A stretch of 63,234 nt of DNA, filler included, from Octopus bimaculoides (lineage: Eukaryota): the NCBI RefSeq assembly GCF_001194135.2. It is 6 parts of 5 records of this genome, joined end to end, with 100 filler letters (N's around TTAATTAATTAA, not from the genome) between each part and the next. Parts side by side here need not be neighbours in the genome. Positions count along the whole stretch, not along the records: positions 16,194 to 41,374 come from NC_068989.1; positions 41,475 to 54,980 come from NC_068997.1; positions 55,081 to 56,745 come from NW_026352442.1; 3 more parts are not named here. One strand, written 5' to 3'. Numbering within the stretch: the first letter of the stretch is position 1; every line of letters begins with the position of its first letter. Both the position numbers and the translations under genes were made by a program. Below are positions 41,221 to 55,204 of this stretch, piece by piece. Under the pieces are notes generated by a model. That model saw only the letters and a list, made by a program, of their open reading frames with translations, ran no database searches and had not been told where the DNA came from.

Positions 41221-41895
41221 TATAATTATTATTGCTGTTTGAGCGAGGGACCGCGAAGAATCAGCAATGTGCATATACATATGGAGGTGTTGCATAAATA
41301 TGGATGTATATGTACTTAAAATTCAAAATTTTACTCACAAGTTTGCAGTTGTATAGAAATTATTGCAGTATTTANNNNNNNNNNNNNNNNNNNNNNNNNN
41401 NNNNNNNNNNNNNNNNNNTTAATTAATTAANNNNNNNNNNNNNNNNNNNNNNNNNNNNNNNNNNNNNNNNNNNNCACACACACACACACACACACATATA
41501 AACAGAAACCCATATAGACACACACACACACGACACAGAAACCACGTACACATGCACACATAAGAATCAACCACAACACATAGAAACCACACACACACAC
41601 ACACACATATAAACAGAAACCCACATAGACGCACACACACACGACACAGAAACCACGTACACATGCACACACAAGAATCAGCCACATGCACACAGAAACC
41701 ACACACACAAACACAAACAACAAAACAACATACACATACGCACGACCACACATACACACACACACACACACACACAGAAACCACATACACACACANNNNN
41801 NNNNNNNNNNNNNNNNNNNNNNNNNNNNNNNNNNNNNNNNNNNNNNNNNNNNNNNNNNNNNNNNNNNNNNNNNNNNNNNNNNNNNNNNNNNNNNN

Positions 41896-43170
41896 CAACA
41901 ACAACAACAACAGCAACAACAACAACAACAACAGCAGCAGCAACACCTTCAGTGGCACGAAGAACGAAGGCAATAAGAGCGTCAACAAACGCAGTAATAA
42001 CAGGAAGAATAACAACACGAACAGCATCACCAATAATCAGAAACAATAGCAAGAACAAGAACAACATTAGGAATGGGTAACATGAAGGAGAAGGACAGCA
42101 ACAGTGATGAACAGTAAGGAGAAGAAGAAGAAGAAGAAGGAGGAGGAGGAGGAGGAGAAGAAGAAGAAGAAGAAGAAGGAGGAGGAGGAGGAGGAGGAGG
42201 AGAAGAGGAAGAAGAAGAAGAGCAATAATTGTAATAACAACGTGAATAATAGTTACAAGAAGAACAAGGGTTGTAACAACTACATCACNNNNNNNNNNNN
42301 NNNNNNNNNNNNNNNNNNNNNNNNNNNNNNNNNNNNNNNNNNNNNNNNNNNNNNNNNNNNNNNNNNNNNNNNNNNNNNNNNNNNNNNNNNNNNNNNNNNN
42401 NNNNNNNNNNNNNNNNNNNNNNNNNNNNNNNNNNNNNNNNNNNNNNNNNNNNNNNNNNNNNNNNNNNNNNNNNNNNNNNNNNNNNNNNNNNNNNNNNNNN
42501 NNNNNNNNNNNNNNNNNNNNNNNNNNNNNNNNNNNNNNNNNNNNNNNNNNNNNNNNNNNNNNNNNNNNNNNNNNNNNNNNNNNNNNNNNNNNNNNNNNNN
42601 NNNNNNNNNNNNNNNNNNNNNNNNNNNNNNNNNNNNNNNNNNNNNNNNNNNNNNNNNNNNNNNNNNNNNNNNNNNNNNNNNNNNNNNNNNNNNNNNNNNN
42701 NNNNNNNNNNNNNNNNNNNNNNNNNNNNNNNNNNNNNNNNNNNNNNNNNNNNNNNNNNNNNNNNNNNNNNNNNNNNNNNNNNNNNNNNNNNNNNNNNNNN
42801 NNNNNNNNNNNNNNNNNNNNNNNNNNNNNNNNNNNNNNNNNNNNATAACCAGCAATATCAACAATAATTTTACCACCCCATTACTATCAACACCACCGCC
42901 GCCGCCGCCACCACCACCACCACCACCACCACACCACCACCATCACTACCACCACCATCAAAAACATCATCAACATCTTCATCATCATCAACATCATCAT
43001 CATCATCATCATCATCAACATCATCATCATCATCAACAGCAATAACAATAACAGCAGCAACAGTAAGGAGACAAGTGAAAGTGAAACTAAGGTAGGAAGT
43101 GAAAGTGAAACTGCAAAGGTAGGATGAAGCTATGGGAAGAATCCATTTTATAAAAGATAGATAGATAGAT

Positions 43171-43203
<33 letters not shown>

Positions 43204-43724
43204 CATTGAGAGAGAGAGAGAGAGACAGAGAGAAGCACATAGACGGAGAGAGATAAAAAGAGAGAGAGTTAGAGAGAAAGACAGAGAGATGTTGGGATCC
43301 AAGAATTTCGTGGATTGGTTAACTGACAGACAGACACGCCCTTATATATGATGGACTGCTACTGTCTCTTCGTGTTGTTGTTGCTGTTGTGGACTGCAGT
43401 GAGGTGGGGGTGGGGGGATGTTGGCAGCGATGGTGGATTTCCTAGTCTGGTCGGTTAGTTTAATGGTGGTGGCGGTTGTGACGGAGGAATGATGAAGATG
43501 ATGATAATGATGGGTGGGATGGAGGTGACGTCCATCAATTTGGTGGACTGCATGGCATAAGTAGAAGTAGTAGTAGTAGTACGAGTAGTAGTAATAGTAA
43601 GTGTAGTGGTGGAGGTGGTGGTGGTGCTGGTGGTAGTAGAGTTATGGATTTTATAGGTGTTGGTAGTCAGTTTCATGGATTTGATGTTAGTAGTAGTAGT
43701 AGTGGTAGTAGCAGCAGAAGCAGC

Positions 43725-43755
<31 letters not shown>

Positions 43756-43821
43756 AGGAAGTAGTAGAGATATGGATTTTATAGGTATCAGTAGTCATTT
43801 TGGTGGATTTGATGAATGTTG

Positions 43822-43872
<51 letters not shown>

Positions 43873-43875
43873 TAG

Positions 43876-43908
<33 letters not shown>

Positions 43909-46320
43909 CTAGTAGTAGTATAGGTGGTTGTTGGTGGTGAGAAAGGCAATGCCGATGGATGAGCTAGAAGGATTTTGTTAAATGATACTCATAGTGGAGG
44001 TGGTAGTAGAGGTGGTGTCGGTCGTAGTGGCCGTGTGTGGTGGCAGCGGTGGAAGTAGTGCTCATAACACTGTTTGTCGCGATGTTCCTATACTGGTATT
44101 GGTACTAAAGTTAGTGTTAAGAAAAGATAGTTGTAGTAGTCGTAGTAGTAGTAGTAGGGATAGCGGTGGTGATGGTGGGGGTTGCTGTAGTAATAGTGGT
44201 AGTGGCGGTGGTCGAAGCAAGGATGTGTTGGTTGCAGTTGTGTGATGGTGAAAGCGAAGGATTTAATAATAATAATAATAATAATAATAATGATGATGAT
44301 GATGATGATAATAATAATAATAATAATAACAACAACAGTCCTTTCTACTATAGGCACAAGACCTGAAACGTTTGGGGGATGTGGTAGTCGATTACATCGA
44401 CCCCAGAACTCAACTGGTACTTATTTTATCGACCTCAACAGCATAAAAAAGCAAAAGTCAACTTCGGCGGAATTTGAACTCGGAACATAAAGAAGGGAGA
44501 AATGCCGCTAAACATTTTGCGCAGAGTGCTACCGATTCTGCCAACTCGACGCCTTGATTATAATAATCCTTTCTACCATGAGCACAAGACCTGGAATATG
44601 AGGGAAAGGGGGTAGTTGATTACATTCACCCCATTATTTAACTGGTACTTAGTTTATCGACTCCGAAAGGATGAAAGGTAAAGTCGACCTCGGAGGTATT
44701 NNNNNNNNNNNNNNNNNNNNNNNNNNNNNNNNNNNNNNNNNNNNNNNNNNNNNNNNNNNNNNNNNNNNNNNNNNNNNNNNNNNNNNNNNNNNNNNNNNNN
44801 NNNNNNNNNNNNNNNNNNNNNNNNNNNNNNNNNNNNNNNNNNNNNNNNNNNNNNNNNNNNNNNNNNNNNNNNNNNNNNNNNNNNNNNNNNNNNNNNNNNN
44901 NNNNNNNNNNNNNNNNNNNNNNNNNNNNNNNNNNNNNNNNNNNNNNNNNNNNNNNNNNNNNNNNNNNNNNNNNNNNNNNNNNNNNNNNNNNNNNNNNNNN
45001 NNNNNNNNNNNNNNNNNNNNNNNNNNNNNNNNNNNNNNNNNNNNNNNNNNNNNNNNNNNNNNNNNNNNNNNNNNNNNNNNNNNNNNNNNNNNNNNNNNNN
45101 NNNNNNNNNNNNNNNNNNNNNNNNNNNNNNNNNNNNNNNNNNNNNNNNNNNNNNNNNNNNNNNNNNNNNNNNNNNNNNNNNNNNNNNNNNNNNNNNNNNN
45201 NNNNNNNNNNNNNNNNNNNNNNNNNNNNNNNNNNNNNNNNNNNNNNNNNNNNNNNNNNNNNNNNNNNNNNNNNNNNNNNNNNNNNNNNNNNNNNNNNNNN
45301 NNNNNNNNNNNNNNNNNNNNNNNNNNNNNNNNNNNNNNNNNNNNNNNNNNNNNNNNNNNNNNNNNNNNNNNNNNNNNNNNNNNNNNNNNNNNNNNNNNNN
45401 NNNNNNNNNNNNNNNNNNNNNNNNNNNNNNNNNNNNNNNNNNNNNNNNNNNNNNNNNNNNNNNNNNNNNNNNNNNNNNNNNNNNNNNNNNNNNNNNNNNN
45501 NNNNNNNNNNNNNNNNNNNNNNNNNNNNNNNNNNNNNNNNNNNNNNNNNNNNNNNNNNNNNNNNNNNNNNNNNNNNNNNNNNNNNNNNNNNNNNNNNNNN
45601 NNNNNNNNNNNNNNNNNNNNNNNNNNNNNNNNNNNNNNNNNNNNNNNNNNNNNNNNNNNNNNNNNNNNNNNNNNNNNNNNNNNNTTGTAGCGGGGTGGTT
45701 GTGGTGGTGGTGGTGGTAGTGATGGATGAAGGCGGTGGTGGTTGTTTTACCTGGTGGTGGTGATGGTAGTGGTGGTGGTAGTGGTTGTGGTGGTAAAAAC
45801 TATGCGATAAAGGAGGTGGTGTTTGTGGTGCTGATAGTAATGATGATGACGATGATGATGACGGTGGTGTTGGGTAGTAGTGACGATGTATTGATGATGG
45901 TGGTGGTGGTAGTGGTAGTAGCGGCGATGGAAATGATGGTAGTGGTAGTAGTAGTGGTTGTGGTGTTTATAGTGGTTGTGGAGATGGAAGTTACTAACGG
46001 TGGTGGTGAGGGTGGTGGTGGCGGTAGTGGTTGTGGTAGTGATGGTGGTGGCAGTGGTGCTAGTGCTGGTGGAAGTGGCTATAGCGGTGGGGGGGGGAGT
46101 GGCTGCTGCTGTTGGCGGCGGCGGCGGCGGTGGTGGTGGTGGTGATGGTGGTGGTGGTGGAGCTGGCTGTTGCAGCTGGTGGCGGTGGTGACGACGATGT
46201 GATAGAGATGAAGATAACGGTGGAGATAATGAGGTGGAGCGAGTGGTGGTGGGGGCGATGACGACGGCGGCGGCAGCGGCGGCGGTGATGGTGGTGTCTG
46301 TCGGAGGGGTTGTGGTGTGA
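41896..46320. repeat. Mosaic of trinucleotide repeats (CAA, GAA/GAG, CAC/CAT, TAG, GGT, GGC) with gaps
   Basis: Direct reading. ORFs here are low-complexity artefacts. Confidence 0.9.
44338..44700 (-). mobile_element. Two tandem SINE family B copies (44338-44535; 44566-44700, cut by a gap)
   Basis: Both start with cctttctac..ggcacaagacctg and contain agtcgattacatcgacccc and aaagtc(a/g)acctcgg. Confidence 0.85.
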
Positions 46321-46441
46321 GAATATTTATGATTCATAGTTGTGGCAATAACCAAAAGTAAAACGGCCTGTACACGGCAATCAAAAATATGGTACGGAGA
46401 AGAGAAAGTGAAAGTAGGAGAGAAAGTGAAAGTAGGAGAGA

Positions 46442-46473
<32 letters not shown>

Positions 46474-47829
46474 AGAGAGAGAGAAGGGCAGAAATTGGAG
46501 AGTGAGAGAGAGAATGAGAGAGTGATAACAATGTTTATACGTGTGTGTATATTTTTATATGTATGTGTTTGTTTTTAAATACAATTATGTGCACACACAC
46601 ACACATACACGCACACACCTACAAACACATGTACATGTATACGTTTGCACACACACACACATGTATCCTTATACATATTTATATGTATATATATATGCCT
46701 ATATTTATATACATATCTGTATTTCTTAATATACATACACACACACACACGCGCACATATATATTCATAGACACACAATCCCACAAAGACAAGCACGCAT
46801 ACACACACACATATGTATGAATATATATACATGTATATATATATATATATGTATATATANNNNNNNNNNNNNNNNNNNNNNNNNNNNNNNNNNNNNNNNN
46901 NNNNNNNNNNNNNNNNNNNNNNNNNNNNNNNNNNNNNNNNNNNNNNNNNNNNNNNNNNNNNNNNNNNNNNNNNNNNNNNNNNNNNNNNNNNNNNNNNNNN
47001 NNNNNNNNNNNNNNNNNNNNNNNNNNNNNNNNNNNNNNNNNNNNNNNNNNNNNNNNNNNNNNNNNNNNNNNNNNNNNNNNNNNNNNNNNNNNNNNNNNNN
47101 NNNNNNNNNNNNNNNNNNNNNNNNNNNNNNNNNNNNNNNNNNNNNNNNNNNNNNNNNNNNNNNNNNNNNNNNNNNNNNNNNNNNNNNNNNNNNNNNNNNN
47201 NNNNNNNNNNNNNNNNNNNNNNNNNNNNNNNNNNNNNNNNNNNNNNNNNNNNNNNNNNNNNNNNNNNNNNNNNNNNNNNNNNNNNAGGATCTGGATGGGT
47301 TGTTCTTCGTTGAAAGTTGTGAAAGAAGATCCATTCCACAATACGAAATCAGCTCGCTTTGGCAATTTCTTTGCTGTGCATGAGTGTGTGTGTGTGAGTG
47401 TGTGTGAGTGTGTGTGTGTGTGTTTGTGCGTGTGTGTGAGTGTGAGTGTTTCTGTGTGTATGTGTGTGTTGTGTGTGTTGTGTGTGTGCGTGTGTATTTC
47501 TGTGTGTATGTGTATATGTGCGTGTATGTGTGTGTGTGTGTGTGCATGTGTATGAGTGTGTGCGTGCGTGTGAATGTGTGTGTGCATGTGCGTATGTGTG
47601 CGAGTATGTTTGTGCATGTGTTTGTGAATGCACATCTACATGCATTATCTATCTATTTACCTATGTGTATATACATGCATGTGTGTCTATATATTCATAC
47701 ATACATACATACACACTCATGCATATATATATATATATATATGTGAGAGAAAAATAGAAAGAGTGAGTTACATGTACATGTACACATAAATGTATATTTA
47801 CTATATTTACACACACACACACACACACA

Positions 47830-47874
<45 letters not shown>

Positions 47875-47915
47875 NNNNNNNNNNCTATATTTACACACAC
47901 ACACACACACACACA

Positions 47916-48023
<108 letters not shown>

Positions 48024-49180
48024 GATCTATCGATCTATCTATGTATGTATCTCGCATTCTCTCTCTCTTTCTCACTCTCCTTTTCTTTCTCTCTCTCTCT
48101 CCGTCTCCCTCTCTCTCTCTCTCTTTATATANNNNNNNNNNNNNNNNNNNNNNNNNNNNNNNNNNNNNNNNNNNNNNNNNNNNNNNNNNNNNNNNNNNNN
48201 NNNNNNNNNNNNNNNNNNNNNNNNNNNNNNNNNNNNNNNNNNNNNNNNNNNNNNNNNNNNNNNNNNNNNNNNNNNNNNNNNNNNNNNNNNNNNNNNNNNN
48301 NNNNNNNNNNNNNNNNNNNNNNNNNNNNNNNNNNNNNNNNNNNNNNNNNNNNNNNNNNNNNNNNNNNNNNNNNNNNNNNNNNNNNNNNNNNNNNNNNNNN
48401 NNNNNNNNNNNNNNNNNNNNNNNNNNNNNNNNNNNNNNNNNNNNNNNNNNNNNNNNNNNNNNNNNNNNNNNNNNNNNNNNNNNNNNNNNNNNNNNNNNNN
48501 NNNNNNNNNNNNNNNNNNNNNNNNNNNNNNNNNNNNNNNNNNNNNNNNNNNNNNNNNNNNNNNNNNNNNNNNNNNNNNNNNNNNNNNNNNNNNNNNNNNN
48601 NNNNNNNNNNNNNNNNNNNNNNNNNNNNNNNNNNNNNNNNNNNNNNNNNNNNNNNNNNNNNNNNNNNNNNNNNNNNNNNNNNNNNNNNNNNNNNNNNNNN
48701 NNNNNNNNNNNNNNNNNNNNNNNNNNNNNNNNNNNNNNNNNNNNNNNNNNNNNNNNNNNNNNNNNNNNNNNNNNNNNNNNNNNNNGTGTGTTTGTGTGTG
48801 TACATAAATGAAATGTGGGGAGCGGGGTTGCCCTTCCTATCTTACAGTGGTTCAGACTTTAACCTGTCACTGTTGATGATATAAGAGAAAAGACAGAAGC
48901 ATGGAATGAGAAAGGGAGGGGGGAAAGGGAGAAAAGGGAGTTGAAGGAGGAGGAAGAGGGTGGAAGAAGCGGGGGTGGGGGTACGCAATGATGCAGGGAA
49001 GGAAATAATGGCGGAGGGGAAAAAAAGGACCAAACAAAAACAAAATGGTTACTGAACGTTTAAAATAACGGTACAGCGGCGGCAAAATGGTGGATGATAC
49101 ATTGTATAGAAATGTTTTGTACTGTCTGTCTATTTGCTTTAATGCCCGGCTGTTTAAGAATCTGTCTGTCTCTCTGACAA

Positions 49181-49279
<99 letters not shown>

Positions 49280-50030
49280 GTCGGTCTGTCTGTCTGTCTG
49301 TCTATCCATCTATCTATTTGTCTGTCCGTTTGTTTGTCTATCTGTCNNNNNNNNNNNNNNNNNNNNNNNNNNNNNNNNNNNNNNNNNNNNNNNNNNNNNN
49401 NNNNNNNNNNNNNNNNNNNNNNNNNNNNNNNNNNNNNNNNNNNNNNNNNNNNNNNNNNNNNNNNNNNNNNNNNNNNNNNNNNNNNNNNNNNNNNNNNNNN
49501 NNNNNNNNNNNNNNNNNNNNNNNNNNNNNNNNNNNNNNNNNNNNNNNNNNNNNNNNNNNNNNNNNNNNNNNNNNNNNNNNNNNNNNNNNNNNNNNNNNNN
49601 NNNNNNNNNNNNNNNNNNNNNNNNNNNNNNNNNNNNNNNNNNNNNNNNNNNNNNNNNNNNNNNNNNNNNNNNNNNNNNNNNNNNNNNNNNNNNNNNNNNN
49701 NNNNNNNNNNNNNNNNNNNNNNNNNNNNNNNNNNNNNNNNNNNNNNNNNNNNNNNNNNNNNNNNNNNNNNNNNNNNNNNNNNNNNNNNNNNNNNNNNNNN
49801 NNNNNNNNNNNNNNNNNNNNNNNNNNNNNNNNNNNNNNNNNNNNNNNNNNNNNNNNNNNNNNNNNNNNNNNNNNNNNNNNNNNNNNNNNNNNNNNNNNNN
49901 NNNNNNNNNNNNNNNNNNNNNNNNNNNNNNNNNNNNNNNNNNNNNNNNNNNNNNNNNNNNNNNNNNNNNNNNNNNNNNNNNNNNNNNNNNNNNNNNNNNN
50001 NNNNNNNNNNNNNNNNNNNNNNNNNNNNNN

Positions 50031-51289
50031 TGGCAAGAAAGTAATTTAGTTTTTCGCAAATTGATACTTAAGAGTGTTTTGAATGACTTTTGTCAATGTT
50101 ATGAATTTTTTTCCTCTTGACATTTGATACCCGTTACTTTTAGCTTACTTTAGAAGCAAATTGCGCATAATTTTGTTTACAGGAGTTAGTTCCGTGTCAA
50201 TTTTAACATAGAGTGCAAAAACGAACATTTTCGCCATATTTTGATTTTTTTTTATTTCTGTAAAGGCAAGAAAGAGATATGTGAAGTTTATGATGTTGAT
50301 TGCTTAACAGAACGCACATGTCAGAAATGATTTTTAAAATTCCGTTCTGGATATTTTTCACTCCAGAAGGTTCTGGTCGACCTACTGAAGTTGGTGATGA
50401 CCGAATCAAAGCCATAATTGAGTCTGATTGTCATATAATTGTGTAAGAGGTTGCAGAGTGGTTAAATGTATCACATATAGCAATTGAAAATTACTTAAAA
50501 TGTCTTGGACTCGTTAAGCAGCTCGATATTTGGATTCCACATAAATTAAAAGAGATTCACTTAACACAACGAATCAATGTTTGCAATATGCATCCCCAAC
50601 GCAATGAAATCAACCTTGTTTTGAAACGAATCATCACTGACAATGGAAAATGGACTGTCTACAATAACATCAATCAAAAATGATCATGGTCCAAGCGTAA
50701 GGAACCAGCACAAACTATATCGAAAGCTGAATTGCATCAGAAGAAGGTCATGCTGTTAATTTGGTGGGATTACAAAGGCGTTCTGTATTTTGAACTGCTT
50801 CCAAGGAACCAAACGATCAATTCAGATGTTTACTGTCAACAACTAATGAAACTGGAGGAAGCAATCAAGGAAAAACGGCCAGAATTGGCAAATCGTAAAG
50901 GAATCGTGTTCTACCATGACAACATTAGACTACACACATGTTTGCTAACTCGTGAAAAATTATTGGAGCTCGATTGGGAAGTGATGTCACATCCACCATA
51001 TAGCCCTGACCTCACACCATCAGATTATCATTTATTTCGAAGTTTGCGAAATTCTTTGAATGGTGAAACTTTCAATAATGATGACGACCTGAAATTGCAT
51101 TTGCTTCAGTTTTTGGCTAAGGACCAGAAGTTCTGTGAGCCCGGAATCATGAAGTTACCAGAAAGATGGCAAAAGGTCATCAAACAAAATGGAAAATATA
51201 TAACTGATTAAAGTTCATTCTTTGTATGAAAAAAAATAATCACTTTTATTTCACACTAAAAAACCGAAATTACTTTCTTGCCAACCCAA
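50031..51289 (+). mobile_element. Near-complete degenerate mariner transposon (D,D34D)
   Basis: The left TIR remnant tggcaagaaagtaattt (clipped by a gap) pairs with right TIR aattactttcttgccaacccaa plus TA. Motifs: EHFRHIL, GSGRP, WIPHKL, KVMLLIWWDYKG, HDN and YSPDLTPSDYHLF. Confidence 0.95.
50732..51211 (+). pseudogene. Mariner transposase C-terminal catalytic ORF remnant
   Basis: 159-aa open segment with HDN and YSPDL..SDY motifs. The upstream portion has stops and the first catalytic D is altered (IITDNGKW). Confidence 0.9.
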
Positions 51290-51616
51290 TATATATGCAT
51301 AATATTACACGGTACAAACATTAAACTACATGAGGTAAAAAAACAAAACATGCGAGTGGACAAACTAAAGAATTTGTCTCAACACCTCCTACGCATCGAC
51401 AAAATTAAGTGATATTTGTCACAATATTATACGTGTATGCGTGTATGTGTGTCTGCATGTATGTGTGTTTGTGTTAGTGCGTACGTATGTGTATGTATGT
51501 ATATATATATATATAATCCATGTATGTCTATCTATCTATCTGTCTTTCTCCCCCTCTCTCTATTTATAGATGGAGAGAGACATATAAAAGTACACTCATT
51601 TGTAAGTATATATAGA

Positions 51617-51707
<91 letters not shown>

Positions 51708-51866
51708 GCATACACACGTATATTTGTGTCTGTGTGCATGTCCATGTATGTATGTGTGTGCATGTATGCGTATGTGTGAGTGTGAGAGAGAGCTAGAGAG
51801 CGAGAGAGAGAGTGCGGGAGAGTGTAAGAGAGAGACAGACAGAGACAGAGACAGACAGACAGAAAC

Positions 51867-51919
<53 letters not shown>

Positions 51920-52149
51920 AAGAGAGAGAAAGAGAAAGAGAGAGAGAGAGAGAGACAGAGTGAGAGAGAATGAGAAAGATAAAGGTATCATAAATGAACA
52001 GAACGAAAGATAAAAAACAAACAAAAATAACAAAAATGAAACAAACAAGCAAACAAACAAACAGACAAAAACAGATTACAGTCCATTTAATTTCTAGGTG
52101 AACTGGTTTAATAGAAAATACCTCTGAAAGTCTGAAACCGATCAAAGAT

Positions 52150-54540
52150 AACTAGTTAGACGATAGCAAATGATACAATAATTGGCGCTCGTGTCCCACC
52201 ATCCCGGTGCAGATATGATGGCTCTATTTCAGGTATTGAGTATAGTTTTAATCAAAGCACCAACTTTGGGAACGGTAATGATATCTTAAGCGATCGTTTG
52301 GAATCGTGTGATCTTTATTGCCATTCAGCCGAATTCCAGCAGATGGTATTTACTGAAGCAAGAATGCAAGAATTGAAGTGAGGGCGACTGTCTAATCGGC
52401 TGACGTGTAAACAGCGTATANNNNNNNNNNNNNNNNNNNNNNNNNNNNNNNNNNNNNNNNNNNNNNNNNNNNNNNNNNNNNNNNNNNNNNNNNNNNNNNN
52501 NNNNNNNNNNNNNNNNNNNNNNNNNNNNNNNNNNNNNNNNNNNNNNNNNNNNNNNNNNNNNNNNNNNNNNNNNNNNNNNNNNNNNNNNNNNNNNNNNNNN
52601 NNNNNNNNNNNNNNNNNNNNNNNNNNNNNNNNNNNNNNNNNNNNNNNNNNNNNNNNNNNNNNNNNNNNNNNNNNNNNNNNNNNNNNNNNNNNNNNNNNNN
52701 NNNNNNNNNNNNNNNNNNNNNNNNNNNNNNNNNNNNNNNNNNNNNNNNNNNNNNNNNNNNNNNNNNNNNNNNNNNNNNNNNNNNNNNNNNNNNNNNNNNN
52801 NNNNNNNNNNNNNNNNNNNNNNNNNNNNNNNNNNNNNNNNNNNNNNNNNNNNNNNNNNNNNNNNNNNNNNNNNNNNNNNNNNNNNNNNNNNNNNNNNNNN
52901 NNNNNNNNNNNNNNNNNNNNNNNNNNNNNNNNNNNNNNNNNNNNNNNNNNNNNNNNNNNNNNNNNNNNNNNNNNNNNNNNNNNNNNNNNNNNNNNNNNNN
53001 NNNNNNNNNNNNNNNNNNNNNNNNNNNNNNNNNNNNNNNNNNNNNNNNNNNNNNNNNNNNNNNNNNNNNNNNNNNNNNNNNNNNNNNNNNNNNNNNNNNN
53101 NNNNNNNNNNNNNNNNNNNNNNNNNNNNNNNNNNNNNNNNNNNNNNNNNNNNNNNNNNNNNNNNNNNNNNNNNNNNNNNNNNNNNNNNNNNNNNNNNNNN
53201 NNNNNNNNNNNNNNNNNNNNNNNNNNNNNNNNNNNNNNNNNNNNNNNNNNNNNNNNNNNNNNNNNNNNNNNNNNNNNNNNNNNNNNNNNNNNNNNNNNNN
53301 NNNNNNNNNNNNNNNNNNNNNNNNNNNNNNNNNNNNNNNTATATATATATATATGTAACGGGAAATACAGAGAGAAAGGGGAAAGGGGGTAGAGTGATAA
53401 TGATAGAACTTTGTGGTGTTGGTAGAATGGATGGTCGTCTGTAACAGACTTCAAACTTTTCTCTTGATGACTTCAATATCAGTATGTGACGGTTATCTCT
53501 AACATCTTGGTATACCTATATCACTCTATATAAAATGGATATCCGTCGATTTCAGTGATGATTTATTCCTGTTCTTCGAGCTACCGAACCTTTTATTCAT
53601 TGAATTTGAATGTACGTAGCTGAGTATACCACAAACCTTTGTGTACCTTATCCTAATCCAGGAACAGAAGATAAAGACAAGGAGTACTTTTACCTTAATC
53701 TTCGAGTAGAATCAGTCTAAGAAAGTGTGACATAACAGTGTTTCATTCATTTGACCGTCTGTTAAATAAATTTAGTGAACCCTGTTCGATGCGTGATACA
53801 TGGATCGACCGGAGGCTGTGTTAAAAGAACTACGATACATTTTCGTCGGCTATTAATGGTATTGTGGGTTGTGACTGTTATTTCTTCTGAATGCATTACG
53901 AACTTACAAAACGTGCTGTACTAGTATGGCCAATCTAACAGCTAGAGTCCTGAAGTTTACAACTTTCAGTTTTACTGTCAAGTTTGTAGATTACATTGGA
54001 CATTAGCATCTCGGTTTCAAGTTCAAATGCTTGTGTTAAGTTAGAGAGGTTCTCGCTTTTGGAGTTTTTGTAGAATGCTATTAGTTTTAGTTTATGCATT
54101 TTGCCTTCTCTTTTATGAGATTTTTGAAGATGCATTCGTCTGTTCGACATTTGTTACTCATATATTAAATTCTATGAGTGATTTGTGTGTTTTAATTGAG
54201 TGTACTCTCAAATGTAGCAGCTGTGTTGTGTTATAGATGTATAACTTGAACTACAAGTCTAGTGGTATATCCATTGTTAATCAATGTTTCCTTTTATGAA
54301 TTAAGATTTCTAGCGCCTTCTTTGTGAACGAGAATCTAAATGCTCGTCTATTTCATATCCTGAAGATGGGACAAAGTAAGTCTAGTAACGTCGAAAAGTT
54401 TATACGGAAATACGGAAAATTTGCAATTAGGGAAATAGAATTGGATCATAGTCGTGTTTTTAACGAAATATATGTGTATGGATGTCTAACTTCTTTCTTC
54501 CACCCTTTTAATTTTCTCTGTCGTTTTTACTGTGTGTAAC
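52150..54540. mobile_element. Possible very old Penelope-like element debris (split by a gap)
   Basis: Minus-strand HFNSCI and QPTIPLIA pieces; plus-strand CTGAAGATGGGAC..GTC..AACGTC hammerhead-like relic followed by FIRKYGK..VFNE, like a PLE N-terminus. Weak. Confidence 0.35.
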
Positions 54541-54769
54541 TTGGGCCTATTAATATAAATGTCTATATATTTATACTTAAGAATTCATCATCTGAAAGCC
54601 TCCACTTTTTGCTTTCTCTCGCTTTACACATAGAAACATATTTTGGATTTCATAAACCAAACTATTACATTTAATATTTTTGATATATTTAATATTTTAA
54701 ATTTATTTAGTGAATCTAGTTTGTTTATACGCATAGTTGCCTCTCTCTGTCCCTGTCTTTGTCTGTCTA

Positions 54770-54852
<83 letters not shown>

Positions 54853-55204
54853 GTACGTGTATGTGTGTGTGTGTGTGTGTGCGTGTGTGTGTGTGAGTGT
54901 ATGTATTTATGCATGAATATATGCATGTATCTATCTACCTCTATACACCTACACTTCTATATATATATATATATACACATNNNNNNNNNNNNNNNNNNNN
55001 NNNNNNNNNNNNNNNNNNNNNNNNTTAATTAATTAANNNNNNNNNNNNNNNNNNNNNNNNNNNNNNNNNNNNNNNNNNNNTATATATATATATATATATA
55101 TATATATGCGTGTGTGTGTGTGTGTGTGCAAATAATACCAGACTGACTCGGTGCCTGAACTTAAGTGCCTAGTTCAGCTGAATCTTAATTATTTCTATAT
55201 ATTT

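Noticed and set aside
42104-46355. Poly-K/E, poly-H/P and poly-G/V ORFs as real low-complexity proteins
   Set aside because: They are direct translations of trinucleotide microsatellites, open in several frames, with no flanking domain.
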